This document shows positions 63,243 to 64,000 of a stretch of 64,000 nt of DNA, piece by piece. The notes below the pieces were generated by a model. It did no database searches. It was not told the origin of the DNA and saw only the letters and a program-made list of their open reading frames with translations. The DNA is from Nitrosopumilus sp. Lineage in GTDB: Archaea; Thermoproteota; Nitrososphaeria; Nitrososphaerales; Nitrosopumilaceae. The position numbers and the translations under genes are program-made. The stretch lies in NCBI GenBank assembly GCA_965238275.1, contig OZ250186.1, positions 1,440,001 through 1,504,000 of the forward strand, in the 5' to 3' direction. How positions within the stretch are numbered: the first letter of the stretch is position 1; the number at the start of each line of letters is the position of its first letter.

Positions 63243-63518
63243 TAGATGCTACCTGCCGCGGTTCTAAATTAAATCATTCGTCACAGGACGGGCACGTGCC
63301 CAGACTGCCCCGAAGCCGCATTGGCAGGATTCATGCCCGGACAGATTCCGGGCCGGGATGCCGGAACGGTGCTATGGCATGGTGACTGACGGCGCAGGAT
63401 CCCTGCAGCCATGGCCAGGCGAGTCGGTTCCGGGCATCTGCGGTGCGCACCAGGGGAGTCTTGATGGCGCACGTGGTGGACTGTCAAGTCTTATTAGCGC
63501 TAAGGCGTCCTTAAAACA

Positions 63519-64000
63519 GTGAATAAAAAAATAATCATCACGACAGGCGCGTTTTCCGCGCTTTTGCTGGTTATGATTGTGGTGAATACGACAATCACGG
63601 AGCAGCAGGGTGTTGACTTTGAAGGATACGTGTGGATCAGCCTCATCGAACCGATGGACGGGGCCAATACTGTTGAAGCCTTGCAGAACAAGATTGCATA
63701 CGTGACGGCAATAGACGACGTTAACCGCAAGCTGGAGCAAGACGGGGCGGACTGGAGGATGGCGCCGAGGATAGAACACTACGACCACACCATAACGGAA
63801 TCATTGGCAAGCATCCGGGCCGACGGGAACGCGCTGCTGACTGACATTTACGGCAGTCCTGAAAACTCGCCTTACGGGTTCCAAGTGCTTGCCATAGTAC
63901 CCGGCGATTACGCAAAATCCGACGACGTAATCACGTACGTTGACTCCCATGAGGACGTCATCATAGCCATGGCAGGGAGCGTTGACGAACATGAGAGGAT
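63519..64000 (+). CDS. Exported protein, 3'-truncated by window edge; possibly solute-binding-like
   Basis: GTG start, MNKKIIITTGAFSALLLVMIVV signal/TM, frame open to end. Confidence 0.55.
   Translation, partial: MNKKIIITTGAFSALLLVMIVVNTTITEQQGVDFEGYVWISLIEPMDGANTVEALQNKIAYVTAIDDVNRKLEQDGADWRMAPRIEHYDHTITESLASIRADGNALLTDIYGSPENSPYGFQVLAIVPGDYAKSDDVITYVDSHEDVIIAMAGSVDEHER

Overview
Archaeal DNA. Gene content (CdvC/Vps4, PEF-CTERM and CFI-box-CTERM surface proteins, stand-alone atpF, DUF1512/map/tRNA-Pro block, PINA ATPase) points to an ammonia-oxidising Nitrosopumilaceae (Thaumarchaeota) genome. The GC-rich core and many IS elements suggest a host-associated lineage (inference). Core genes include carAB, ilvB-ilvH-leuA-leuB, aspS, udg/mpg, tldD, mntR, tsr3, map and tRNA-Pro(TGG). 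Main finding: carB is interrupted by a 21-nt, stop-containing insert (15415-15435) that folds into a bulge-helix-bulge/loop motif. Cutting at the canonical tRNA-splicing-endonuclease positions restores GEFDYSG exactly, so this is a candidate archaeal mRNA intron outside the known cbf5 case. Also notable: an AT-richer accessory block (about 1-11.5 kb) with a divergent cyanase, an extended FNT channel and a ClC channel, and a 3.9-kb IR-bounded non-autonomous element carrying an IS-disrupted GNAT toxin-antitoxin pair, two inverted MITEs and a PIN gene. All calls come from reading the sequence by eye. No database searches or folding computations were run.
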